DNA of 42,932 nt from IMG/VR virus record IMGVR_UViG_3300031949_000081, positions 1-42,932 of that record, one strand, 5' to 3'. The stretch is from a virus. Taxonomy: Duplodnaviria; Caudoviricetes. Of this stretch, positions 28,017 through 35,603 are shown one piece after another; within the stretch, counting starts at the first letter, position 1; each line of letters opens with the position of its first letter. The notes below the pieces were generated by a model that had not been told where the DNA came from, ran no database searches, and saw nothing but the letters and a program-made list of their open reading frames with translations. A program made the position numbers and the translations under genes.

Positions 28017-28291
28017 GGGTGCTTAAGTCCGAAGTAGTTGCCCTCTGAGCTGAGGGTGGCTCGGCCGGAGTTGACCAGCGACCTGACGCAGTCGTCGCAG
28101 ATGGTGCCCAGCTCGACGACTGTCCCGGGCGTCACCGTATAGAGGTCGCCGTCGCAGTACGCAGAGCCGTAGTGGCCGAGGATCATGGTCGCTCCGTTCT
28201 TGACGAACACCGACGCCGAGCACCCGTGCCCCTGGCCGGTCTCCTCGAAGATGGCTTTGTGCTTGGTCTGGCAATTGTTACACGTTATCAT
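28013..28291 (-). CDS. Hypothetical Cys-rich (putative Zn-binding) protein
   Basis: CNNC...C...GHYGS..D...ICDDC; AGGAG SD; ATGA overlap with gp48. Confidence 0.7.
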   Translation of the reverse strand: MITCNNCQTKHKAIFEETGQGHGCSASVFVKNGATMILGHYGSAYCDGDLYTVTPGTVVELGTICDDCVRSLVNSGRATLSSEGNYFGLKHP

Positions 28292-28328
28292 GATGATGAC
28301 TCCTATCGATAGATAGATGGTATCTGCA

Positions 28329-28336
28329 TATTTATG
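28329..28336 (-). promoter_or_regulatory. T4-type late promoter (CATAAATA) for the gp48-gp53-hub-gp5 operon
   Basis: ATAAATA core in the intergenic region upstream of the operon. Confidence 0.75.
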
Positions 28337-28353
28337 GCTGGAAGGAAAACGAT

Positions 28354-28662
28354 ATGTGTGAGATTTGTAGATTCCTCAAATTAGGGGAAGATTGCCACTT
28401 CGACATTGAAGAACATCGAAGATGCCATTTTTCTGAATCAGAACCTATTGGAAAAGTTACTCGGCCAGACTGGTGGAAACAGGCTATTAGCGAAGGTACT
28501 AAAGGCATCAAGAAGTCTGAAGCACATAAGAAAGCATTGAGTGAAAGTCTTAAAGGAAAACCTAATTTGGCCGCCAAAGGTAAAAAGTTTCCCGCCATTA
28601 CTGAGTCACTTAAGAAAAGTTGGGCCAAGAGGAGATCTGATGGCTCACCAGGGAAAATATAA
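28354..28662 (+). CDS. NUMOD3-motif protein without a recognisable nuclease domain (homing endonuclease derivative)
   Basis: KGIKKSEAHKKALSESLKGK; AT-rich; overlaps the gp4 start. Confidence 0.6.
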   Translation: MCEICRFLKLGEDCHFDIEEHRRCHFSESEPIGKVTRPDWWKQAISEGTKGIKKSEAHKKALSESLKGKPNLAAKGKKFPAITESLKKSWAKRRSDGSPGKI

Positions 28663-29083
28663 ACCAGTACACCCCAACAAGTACAAAGGCGATTCAAAAA
28701 TGATCGTCTATCGGTCGAGCCTTGAGTTCAAGATGATGAGGAAATTCGACTCGAGCCCACACATAGTCTGGTGGTCCTCGGAGGAGATAATCGTTCCGTA
28801 CTACGACCCGGTGAAACGGAGATCCAGGAGATATTTCCCTGACTTCGTCATCCGAAAGGTCGGTGCGAAGGGGATCGAAGAGACGCTGATGATAGAGGTG
28901 AAGCCCTACTCCGAGACGATGAGGCCTCGCCACACCCCACGGAAGAGACGGTCGAGGATCATCTCCGAGGAGCTGACCTGGGCTACGAACCAGGCCAAGT
29001 GGGCGGCCGCCAGGGAGTACTGTGCCAGGCACGGCTGGGAGTTCGTCACCATGACGGAGCGTGAGATCGGACTATCGTACTAG
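28640..29083 (+). CDS. gp4: Head completion nuclease gp4
   Basis: GKYKP.HP.KYKGD...IVYRSS.E; W.SEE..VPY; RYFPDF; IEVKP; NQAKW.AA; ATG 28640 after GAGGAG. Confidence 0.93.
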   Translation: MAHQGKYKPVHPNKYKGDSKMIVYRSSLEFKMMRKFDSSPHIVWWSSEEIIVPYYDPVKRRSRRYFPDFVIRKVGAKGIEETLMIEVKPYSETMRPRHTPRKRRSRIISEELTWATNQAKWAAAREYCARHGWEFVTMTEREIGLSY

Positions 29084-29439
29084 AGGCGGATCCTCCCAGC
29101 CGTGTTCCTGCCACCCGAGGCCGAAGTCAAGCACTCTCCGTTCTTGTCGCTGGTGGACCAAGACCAAGGCGTCCGGTTGTCGGTGGTACCACGGATCTTC
29201 CTCTTCCTGTACATCCCGCGATTGGTGAGGTGGAGTAGGCGATATCCCGACACAGGTTCGCGAGGCGAACCTGTATAGCTGAACCAACACACCTCGGCGG
29301 CGAGGTTCACGTATCCATCCTCTATCAACTGAAGAAAATCTGGATAGTATTCTCCATCGGCACAACACTCGATTAGGACGAAGCCGTCTTCGTTGAAGAA
29401 GCTGAAGATGAGTCGTTCCCTTACCTCATCCATATCCAT
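29080..29439 (-). CDS. Mini winged-helix-like protein
   Basis: FLQLIEDGYVNL...LHLTNRGMYRK; GAGGAG SD before ATG 29439 or 29433. Confidence 0.65.
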   Translation of the reverse strand: MDMDEVRERLIFSFFNEDGFVLIECCADGEYYPDFLQLIEDGYVNLAAEVCWFSYTGSPREPVSGYRLLHLTNRGMYRKRKIRGTTDNRTPWSWSTSDKNGECLTSASGGRNTAGRIRL

Positions 29440-29741
29440 CTTCTCCTCACCGTGAAGACCTTGGGTTCTATTACACCTAGATACTCTAGGATGCCGACCA
29501 GGAACCAGTCGAGAAACGACACCCTCAGCATCAGCCTCCGCTTCTTGGCTCGACCCTTCTTCGTCACCTGAAATGTGTAATGAAAAAACATGTCCCATCG
29601 AGAGAACTCTTCTTTGACGAGATCTAGGTACCCTAGGTCAATCATCTCGGCGATGGGGACGTACCAACCTTTCTCGCCGATGTATGGATAGTCACCCATG
29701 AGCACGGCGTCAACGGTGGTTGATTGATCTAATATGACCAT
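29421..29741 (-). CDS. Mini winged-helix-like protein with hydrophobic C-terminus
   Basis: IAEMIDLGYLDL...FQVTKKGRAKK. Confidence 0.65.
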   Translation of the reverse strand: MVILDQSTTVDAVLMGDYPYIGEKGWYVPIAEMIDLGYLDLVKEEFSRWDMFFHYTFQVTKKGRAKKRRLMLRVSFLDWFLVGILEYLGVIEPKVFTVRRRWIWMR

Positions 29742-30004
29742 CGGCCAAGGCCTCGCCTCTTACCTATGGCGTTCTTTGCCTTGATTCCCTTCGTCGTCAA
29801 CTTTAGCATGTAGTGGTGATAAGACCCAGGTCTCCAGCGCTCAAACATCAGGTTGAGGTATCCTTGGTCCATCAACCCGGTTATCGCCGATATCACGAGA
29901 AAGTGCTGATCTTGTGTTGCTGCCGTAAATGGGAAGTGGCCGCCGAAGAGCAACCTGTGATCCGAGTTGAACTGGAACAGGACGTATATTTCATTACGCG
30001 TCAT
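29729..30004 (-). CDS. Mini winged-helix-like protein
   Basis: ITGLMDQGYLNL...LKLTTKGIKAK. Confidence 0.65.
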   Translation of the reverse strand: MTRNEIYVLFQFNSDHRLLFGGHFPFTAATQDQHFLVISAITGLMDQGYLNLMFERWRPGSYHHYMLKLTTKGIKAKNAIGKRRGLGRWSY

Positions 30005-30010
30005 GGCCTG

Positions 30011-30931
30011 TCACGTCCTAACCCCCTCGTCGTAGACGTCGGTGTCTACCCCGATCTGCCAGGCCATCGCCTCGTGGCAGGTGTCGACGTCGTTGGACAC
30101 CATCTCGACGAACCTCCGTCGGGCCCCGTGTTCGATAGTTCCGTTCTCCATCACCAGGACGGTGGCCCAGGTTTCATCAGACGCCCATCCTGAGCCGCCC
30201 TTGGCGATACGGATCTTCAGGAGCCTCCTCTTCAAGCCGAGGCACTCGTCCCTATCGACGACGACGCCCTTCAGCAGGCGAAACGCCCGATCCCATCCGA
30301 TGATCTCGCACATGGCCCGGCGCCTCTCGGTGTTGGTCTCCGATAGCAACACCAACCTGGTGATCTTCTTTGGTTTCAAGATGGTGTCCTCATCGACGTG
30401 GATGCCGTGCCAGAAGTACATCTTCTGACCGAGGAAGTTCATGGCCCATCCGTCGGCGCAGTGGGGGCGCCACTGCGCGTCGAACTTCATCCTGGGCCAG
30501 GGGAATATGTATGCCTTGCTCTCCTCGTCTCGATTGCATAGCGCGAACATCATCGCGCCGGATTTGAGGAGGCGCAGGTGAATCGACCTCTCTTTGGATC
30601 GATAGTCATCCATCATCCAATCGTCGGTTATGTTGTCGATTCCGTAGGTATGAATACCCAACTGTTCCATCAGGCGACCGATGTGGGTCGCGAAATCGTA
30701 AGTATCGTCGTCGATGAAGGAATACCAGGAATAGTCTGCTGGATCGATATCCGCCCTAGAGGTACCGAGCACGATTTTTGGCTCCTTGTGTAACACTAGT
30801 TCGTTACGATAGAACTGACTCATCGCCTTCTTTGCCTTGGCGAGATTCAGGGGGACCCCGCGCATGACTATGCGCTCTACTTCCCTTCGGGTCTTCGCCA
30901 CGGTGGCGTCGCTGAGTAACTTTACTGACAT
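30011..30931 (-). CDS. DUF6745-like domain protein (paralog 3)
   Basis: DAQWRPHCADGWA......YFWHGIHV...ETNTERRRAMCEIIGW; C-terminus highly similar to 30931-31914. Confidence 0.8.
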   Translation of the reverse strand: MSVKLLSDATVAKTRREVERIVMRGVPLNLAKAKKAMSQFYRNELVLHKEPKIVLGTSRADIDPADYSWYSFIDDDTYDFATHIGRLMEQLGIHTYGIDNITDDWMMDDYRSKERSIHLRLLKSGAMMFALCNRDEESKAYIFPWPRMKFDAQWRPHCADGWAMNFLGQKMYFWHGIHVDEDTILKPKKITRLVLLSETNTERRRAMCEIIGWDRAFRLLKGVVVDRDECLGLKRRLLKIRIAKGGSGWASDETWATVLVMENGTIEHGARRRFVEMVSNDVDTCHEAMAWQIGVDTDVYDEGVRT

Positions 30932-31914
30932 TACGTTCGCACCCCTTCGTTATAGAGGTGGACAGAGACGCCGATCTGCCAGGCCATGGCGCTGGCACAG
31001 TTATTGATCTCCGACGGGATCACCTCGACGAACTCGCGCCGGACGCCATCCTCGATCGTCCCGTTGACCACCTTGAGAAGGTGGACACGTCCGGACGAAG
31101 ACCCGCGGGCCATGTTGACTCGGTAGAGCTTTCTCTTCAGGCCGAGGCACTCGTCCTCGTCGATCACGATGCCGTCGAGCAACTTGATGGCGGCGTCCCA
31201 CCCGATAATCTCGCAGAGACAGCGCCTTAGCTCGGTGTTGCCCTGGTTGAGTATGAGGTCCTTGGTGATCTTATCCTTGGCGAGGAACCAGGACTCTACC
31301 CGGACGCCGTGCCAGTAGTAGAGGTTGTGGCCCATCCACGACGCGGCAGGGCCCGTCTCACCGTGGAGTCGACCCTGCGCGTCAGTGGTGAACGTCGGGA
31401 ACGGGGCGAAATAAGTCCTCTTCCTGGTCTTCCAGATCATGAAGACCCCCGCCCGATGAAGTTCCTCCCACTCCTTGAGGATGAAAGCCGTGCGATGATT
31501 CGGGCGTTGTGCCACCCGTCTCTGGTCCAGGGTATAGTTGTAAGCCATCCGCTCGGTGTAGATGCCGCCAGTTCCCTGGGTTCCCATCAATAGGACGCGG
31601 CGGAGTACGTCTGTCGTCAGGTTTTCAGCCGGCCAGTTGCCGTGCCAACCCATCTTATTGAGTCGATTTGTGACCTCGTAGATGCCGCCGACGAGAAATT
31701 TTTCCTTGAAGTTCGTACCGTTGAAGATGCCCTTGAGGTGGCCAAGCTGGCGCGTGGTGTCGATCATCAGCACGCTGTTGGGGCTTGACAGCGCCGCCTT
31801 GGCGACGAGTGCCTTGGCGTTCTTCTTCAGGCGGATGCTTTCACGCATCCGCCTGGCTATAGCCCTGTTGGTTCGATTGAGCCACTCGACAGAACCGATC
31901 TCGCTCTTGTTCAT
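30931..31914 (-). CDS. DUF6745-like domain protein (paralog 2)
   Basis: DAQGRLHGETGPA...YYWHGVRV...NTELRRCLCEIIGW. Confidence 0.8.
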   Translation of the reverse strand: MNKSEIGSVEWLNRTNRAIARRMRESIRLKKNAKALVAKAALSSPNSVLMIDTTRQLGHLKGIFNGTNFKEKFLVGGIYEVTNRLNKMGWHGNWPAENLTTDVLRRVLLMGTQGTGGIYTERMAYNYTLDQRRVAQRPNHRTAFILKEWEELHRAGVFMIWKTRKRTYFAPFPTFTTDAQGRLHGETGPAASWMGHNLYYWHGVRVESWFLAKDKITKDLILNQGNTELRRCLCEIIGWDAAIKLLDGIVIDEDECLGLKRKLYRVNMARGSSSGRVHLLKVVNGTIEDGVRREFVEVIPSEINNCASAMAWQIGVSVHLYNEGVRT

Positions 31915-31936
31915 CCTCTCCTCCTCGAGAGTTGAG

Positions 31937-32461
31937 TTAGTCGACTACCCGGCGCTCCCTCTGGGTGCGCGGGTCGAACTCGCGCTTTCCAGTCACGAGA
32001 TAGGAGCCCTTGGTGAGCTTCACCGGGGCGTGCTCGCCGGTCGGCTTGCCGTCCTCGGATGCGTGCTTGATCGTGACGTTGGTCTTGGCATCAAGGAACC
32101 CGACCACCGGGGCACCCTCGAGGAGGCCCCTGTTGCGGAGTCGACGGACCATGTTGGTGTCGCGATAGAGCTTGGCGGTGATGGTGGTCTTGGCCGCCTT
32201 GGCGACGACCTTCTTCAACATCTTGTCTGCGACCGCGGCCCCACCGGAACCTGCTCCGTCTTCACGGAACATTGCCGGCTTCGGCATGAACCATACGCCG
32301 TGGTGATGGCCCGTGAGCTCACCCTCTTGGATGAGGAGGCGCTTGCTGTGGGGCCTGATCTCCTTCTTACGGGAGATGGCCAGGGTCTCGCCGGGCTTGG
32401 CGAACGTCTGGAGGGGGATGAAGTTGATGTCCCCCTGGTGTATCGTCTTAAACTTAGCCAT
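31937..32461 (-). CDS. Small His-motif protein of the type often found next to DUF6745 genes
   Basis: HQGD...EGELTGHHH...H...EH....L..G.Y.V...REFDP......V.D; first gene after an early promoter. Confidence 0.7.
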   Translation of the reverse strand: MAKFKTIHQGDINFIPLQTFAKPGETLAISRKKEIRPHSKRLLIQEGELTGHHHGVWFMPKPAMFREDGAGSGGAAVADKMLKKVVAKAAKTTITAKLYRDTNMVRRLRNRGLLEGAPVVGFLDAKTNVTIKHASEDGKPTGEHAPVKLTKGSYLVTGKREFDPRTQRERRVVD

Positions 32462-32494
32462 AGTGTCTTCCTTCCTATAGTAGTAGCAGTACTT

Positions 32495-32523
32495 AGTTTA
32501 ACACACCAGCCGCCAGGTGTCAA
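32495..32523 (-). promoter_or_regulatory. Sigma70-type early promoter TTGACA-N17-TAAACT
   Basis: TTGACA CCTGGCGGCTGGTGTGT TAAACT on the minus strand; GTGTGT before the -10 as at 15717 and 40811. Confidence 0.85.
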
Positions 32524-32837
32524 TACTCAATTCGACCGGCCTCGCGAACACCCGTGCCTACCAGACCACTTACGGTTCCACCCCAGTGCCAGTGTGGCAT
32601 TTTTTTTCTACGTTCGAGTTTTCGTTCTTTCTTCTTCATGGCCCCAAGTTTCGTTAGTTTGAATAGTCGATACCGCTCGATGGGAAGGCCTCTTCTAAAG
32701 AATATCTCTTCTCCGATGAAGTCGGCATACCCATCATCTAGCAATCTCGCTATACTGTCGTGGGACTCAGCATCTAGGTGGCTGGCGATCAGGCAATCAT
32801 TATCATGGAACATAGAGAGGATCTCGTCCTGGGTCAT
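32520..32837 (-). CDS. Mini winged-helix-like protein
   Basis: IARLLDDGYADF...FKLTKLGAMKK; probable ATG 32837 after AGGAG (ORF track starts at 32903). Confidence 0.65.
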   Translation of the reverse strand: MTQDEILSMFHDNDCLIASHLDAESHDSIARLLDDGYADFIGEEIFFRRGLPIERYRLFKLTKLGAMKKKERKLERRKKMPHWHWGGTVSGLVGTGVREAGRIEY

Positions 32838-32868
32838 CCAGATTGTGTTCTCCTGAACATGTGAGGCC

Positions 32869-32896
32869 ATCTTATACGGGCCAGCACCCGTGTCAA
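32869..32896 (-). promoter_or_regulatory. Probable early promoter TTGACA-N16-TAAGAT
   Basis: Perfect -35 with a 16-nt spacer; back-to-back with the gp2 late promoter. Confidence 0.55.
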
Positions 32897-32900
32897 TGGC

Positions 32901-32908
32901 CATAAATA
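32901..32908 (+). promoter_or_regulatory. T4-type late promoter (CATAAATA) for the gp2-gp54-gp26-tape measure operon
   Basis: ATAAATA core 7 nt upstream of the gp2 ATG. Confidence 0.8.
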
Positions 32909-32915
32909 GCTTGGC

Positions 32916-33512
32916 ATGGCAGGCTTAGCTTTTACTACGATAATGCGGAAGGCGAACGCCCAGGGAAGAATCCCAGGGCGTCCGGAGAGCCGCGGCTGGT
33001 TTCGCGACCAGGCCAGGCGGACCGTCTACGTCAATACGAATAAGCTTCTCACCGATCCCCACGCCGTCGACTCCCTGGAACCAGGGAAGCTCTATCTCTT
33101 TTCCTACGACCCGAAGCACAAGGCCACTCTCCCGTACTACGATGCCTTCCCCCTCATATTCCCGTTCCGCGTGCAAGGCAACCGGGTCTGGGGAATCAAC
33201 CTGCACTACCTCCCCATCCCGGCCCGCGCGGCCCTCATGGATGAACTCTATTCACTGATGGACAATCGCTTTAAGAGTGAGAACCGAAAGCTTCGCATCA
33301 GCTACGAGGTCCTCAACGGCGCGGCCAGGTTCAGGGCGTTCCGACCGTGCATCAAGTCCTACCTCTCCGGGCACTTTCGATCGAAGTTCCTCCTCATCCC
33401 CTACGAGCAGTGGGACATCGCCATGGCGCTTCCTCTGGCCAGGTTCCAGAAGGCGTCCCAGGCACACGTATACGATGAGAGCATGGACGTGGTGAGGGAC
33501 GCGTCCTGGTAA
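32916..33512 (+). CDS. gp2: DNA end protector gp2
   Basis: S..WF; PGKLYLF.YDPKHK.TLPYYD.FPL; GINLHYLP; PC.K.YL; LP...F.K. Confidence 0.93.
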   Translation: MAGLAFTTIMRKANAQGRIPGRPESRGWFRDQARRTVYVNTNKLLTDPHAVDSLEPGKLYLFSYDPKHKATLPYYDAFPLIFPFRVQGNRVWGINLHYLPIPARAALMDELYSLMDNRFKSENRKLRISYEVLNGAARFRAFRPCIKSYLSGHFRSKFLLIPYEQWDIAMALPLARFQKASQAHVYDESMDVVRDASW

Positions 33513-34132
33513 TGTTTATTCATAACAAATATCATCGTTGGATGATTAACATCATAGAACGAGCCCAGGGGCGAAATCCTAAAGTTGATCATTTAGAAAA
33601 GCATCACATTATCCCAAGGTCAATGGGTGGGCTTAAAGGACCGATAGCCCTTCTTACCCCCAGAGAACATTTCATAGTTCATTGGCTGTTAACTAAATGT
33701 GTTTCTGAACCAGCACATATTACTAAGATGAATTATGCCCTAAGTCGTATGCGGGCGGGCAAGAAACTTACTTCTATGGAATATCGTATTGGGCGAGAAG
33801 CTATAATTAAAGCGAATAAGAATCGAGTGTTCTCTGAAGAAACACGACTAAATATGAGAAATGCTGCTCTTGGGCGTAAAGTTTCTGAAGAAACCAAATT
33901 AAAAATAAGTCTCGCTCGAAGAGGAAAGCCTGGGCCACCACGAAGCAAAGAAGTTATTGAAAAACATCGACAAGCAATTCTTGGAAGAAAACACTCAGAA
34001 GAAACGAAATTGAAAAGAAGCATATCACTTAAAGGAAAAAAGAAACATTCGAATTTCTCAGAAGTTATGAAAGCTTCGTGGGTTAAGCGTCGTGAATTTT
34101 ATGGTTCAACGGGTAGAACAGATGGCATTTAA
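33512..34132 (+). CDS. HNH homing endonuclease with NUMOD3 repeats
   Basis: EKHHIIPRSMGG...LTPREHFIVHWLL; repeated GRK.SEETKLK.S; AT-rich; overlaps both neighbours. Confidence 0.88.
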   Translation: MFIHNKYHRWMINIIERAQGRNPKVDHLEKHHIIPRSMGGLKGPIALLTPREHFIVHWLLTKCVSEPAHITKMNYALSRMRAGKKLTSMEYRIGREAIIKANKNRVFSEETRLNMRNAALGRKVSEETKLKISLARRGKPGPPRSKEVIEKHRQAILGRKHSEETKLKRSISLKGKKKHSNFSEVMKASWVKRREFYGSTGRTDGI

Positions 34133-34721
34133 CGTAGGTAGGTTCAGCGCAGAGATGGGTGATCTAGGCGGGCTCCAGAACCCGTCGAAGTTCCGGGCCC
34201 GCGCTTTCTCCCCGACGGAGGAGGCCAGGTTCTTCGAGTTCATGTGCGAGTCGTTCGTCGTCCCAGGGCTGACCATCGCCGCGAACCCAGTCAGGGTGCT
34301 CGGTTACGGCGTCCCGGTCGACGCCCCACTACTCCCGGCGTACGGGGAGGCACAGCTCTCGTGCTACCTCGACAACGCCGGCATGGTGCAGGGATTTTTC
34401 TCGCGCTGGCAGCAGTCGGTCATCAACTACAACTACGAGCCGGGAGGTGCCACAGCCGGCACCATGAATGGTGCATACCCTTTCCAAGTAAGCTACGAGG
34501 AAGACTACGCCGGCAGGATCATCGTCGACACGTTCGACCAGGCCGGGGAACACATCCGGGAACTAATACTCCACGCGGCGTGGCCGAGGTCCATCGGCCA
34601 GATACAGCACTCGTGGGGAGATCGAGACAAGGTAACCCTTCTCCCTGTGGTACTAGCATATCGCTCATGGACGAGCAACGACATAGAAGAGAACACCGGC
34701 GGGGTACCGACGGGTTCATAA
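34122..34721 (+). CDS. gp54: Baseplate tail tube initiator gp54-like (tail tube fold)
   Basis: F....GGL..P..F; CES...PG; FF..W...V; Y..DY; A.WP.SI....SW; V.LAYR.W; ATG at 34122. Confidence 0.75.
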   Translation: MAFNVGRFSAEMGDLGGLQNPSKFRARAFSPTEEARFFEFMCESFVVPGLTIAANPVRVLGYGVPVDAPLLPAYGEAQLSCYLDNAGMVQGFFSRWQQSVINYNYEPGGATAGTMNGAYPFQVSYEEDYAGRIIVDTFDQAGEHIRELILHAAWPRSIGQIQHSWGDRDKVTLLPVVLAYRSWTSNDIEENTGGVPTGS

Positions 34722-34736
34722 TGAAGGAGTAAGATC

Positions 34737-35417
34737 ATGGCACTACCTAAGATCAACCATCCGACGTTCGAGACTAATCTCCCGTCATCTGGCAAGAAGA
34801 TAACGTTTCGACCGTTCACCGGACGGGAGCAGAAGGTGCTCCTCGTGGCGAAGGAGTCGAACGATACCAAGGACACCCTCAGGGCCGTGGCACAGGTCAT
34901 AACCAACTGCTGCGGCATCGACGCGCTGGAGCTGCCGGTGTTCGACATCGAATACCTGTTCCTCATGCTGCGGGCCAAGTCAGTCAACAACAAGGTCCAG
35001 GTTCGCATCAAGGACGAGATTGACGGGGAACTCTACGACGCCACGGTCGACATCGACGCGGCAAAGATCAACAAGGCCACGGGATCCAACAAGGTGGAGA
35101 TAACCGGAAGCATCGGCATGAAGCTCAAGTACCCCACCGTGTCCAGCGTCCTCGCCGGGTCGGCAGACACCGACGAGTGGGACGTCCTGGCGGCGTCGAT
35201 CGATTCTATCTGGGACGGTGAGGAGATCACCACGTCTGCAGACATGACTCGGCCAGAACTCAAGGAGTGGCTGATTAACCTGCCTCTCAAGACGATTGAA
35301 CCCATCCGCGAGTTCTTCGAGAACAGACCTAAGATTTCCATCTCTGTCTCCTACGCCAGGAAGGATGGGACCGAGGTCACCAGAGAATTGTCGGGGCTAC
35401 AGGATTTTTTCGAATAG
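34737..35417 (+). CDS. gp26: Baseplate hub assembly protein gp26-like
   Basis: MALPKI..P.FE..LPS.GK.I.FRPF...E.K.LL.A.ES; FDIEYLFL.LRAKSV; MKLKYP; ends GLQDFFE. Confidence 0.88.
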   Translation: MALPKINHPTFETNLPSSGKKITFRPFTGREQKVLLVAKESNDTKDTLRAVAQVITNCCGIDALELPVFDIEYLFLMLRAKSVNNKVQVRIKDEIDGELYDATVDIDAAKINKATGSNKVEITGSIGMKLKYPTVSSVLAGSADTDEWDVLAASIDSIWDGEEITTSADMTRPELKEWLINLPLKTIEPIREFFENRPKISISVSYARKDGTEVTRELSGLQDFFE

Positions 35418-35454
35418 GCCTGAGCCACACCTCACTAGGTGCGTGGTACAGGCT
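35405..35454 (+). promoter_or_regulatory. Candidate -1 programmed ribosomal frameshift signal
   Basis: Heptamer T TTT TTC (35405-35411) in the correct phase, 5-nt spacer, stem-loop 35417-35454. Confidence 0.75.
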
Positions 35455-35602
35455 GACGTTCGTTATGCACCATAAACACTCCTGGTCCATCGATGAGATG
35501 GAGCAGCTCTATCCGTTCGAACTGGACGTCTACGCGACGCTCCTGGCCGAGTGGCTAGAGATGGAGAAGAAGGCGGCAGACGAGGCCAGGAACAAGGGAT
35601 GA
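35411..35602 (+). CDS. gp51: gp51-like baseplate hub assembly catalyst, in the -1 frame relative to gp26
   Basis: RIGLSHTSLGAWYRLTFVMHHKHSWSIDEMEQLYPFELDVYATLLAEWLEMEKKAADEARNKG; resembles the small gp51-like proteins of T4-like phages; first ATG only at 35465; not in the ORF track. Confidence 0.8.
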   Translation, partial: RIGLSHTSLGAWYRLTFVMHHKHSWSIDEMEQLYPFELDVYATLLAEWLEMEKKAADEARNKG

Positions 35603-35603
35603 G

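Noticed and set aside
29440-29598. N-terminal extension of the 29080 ORF (172-aa call)
   Set aside because: It overlaps the 29421-29741 gene, and a strong SD sits directly before ATG 29439/29433.
33512-34132. Group I intron around the HNH gene (likewise around the GIY-YIG gene)
   Set aside because: Flanking genes are complete and overlap the endonuclease ORFs, leaving no room for a ribozyme core.
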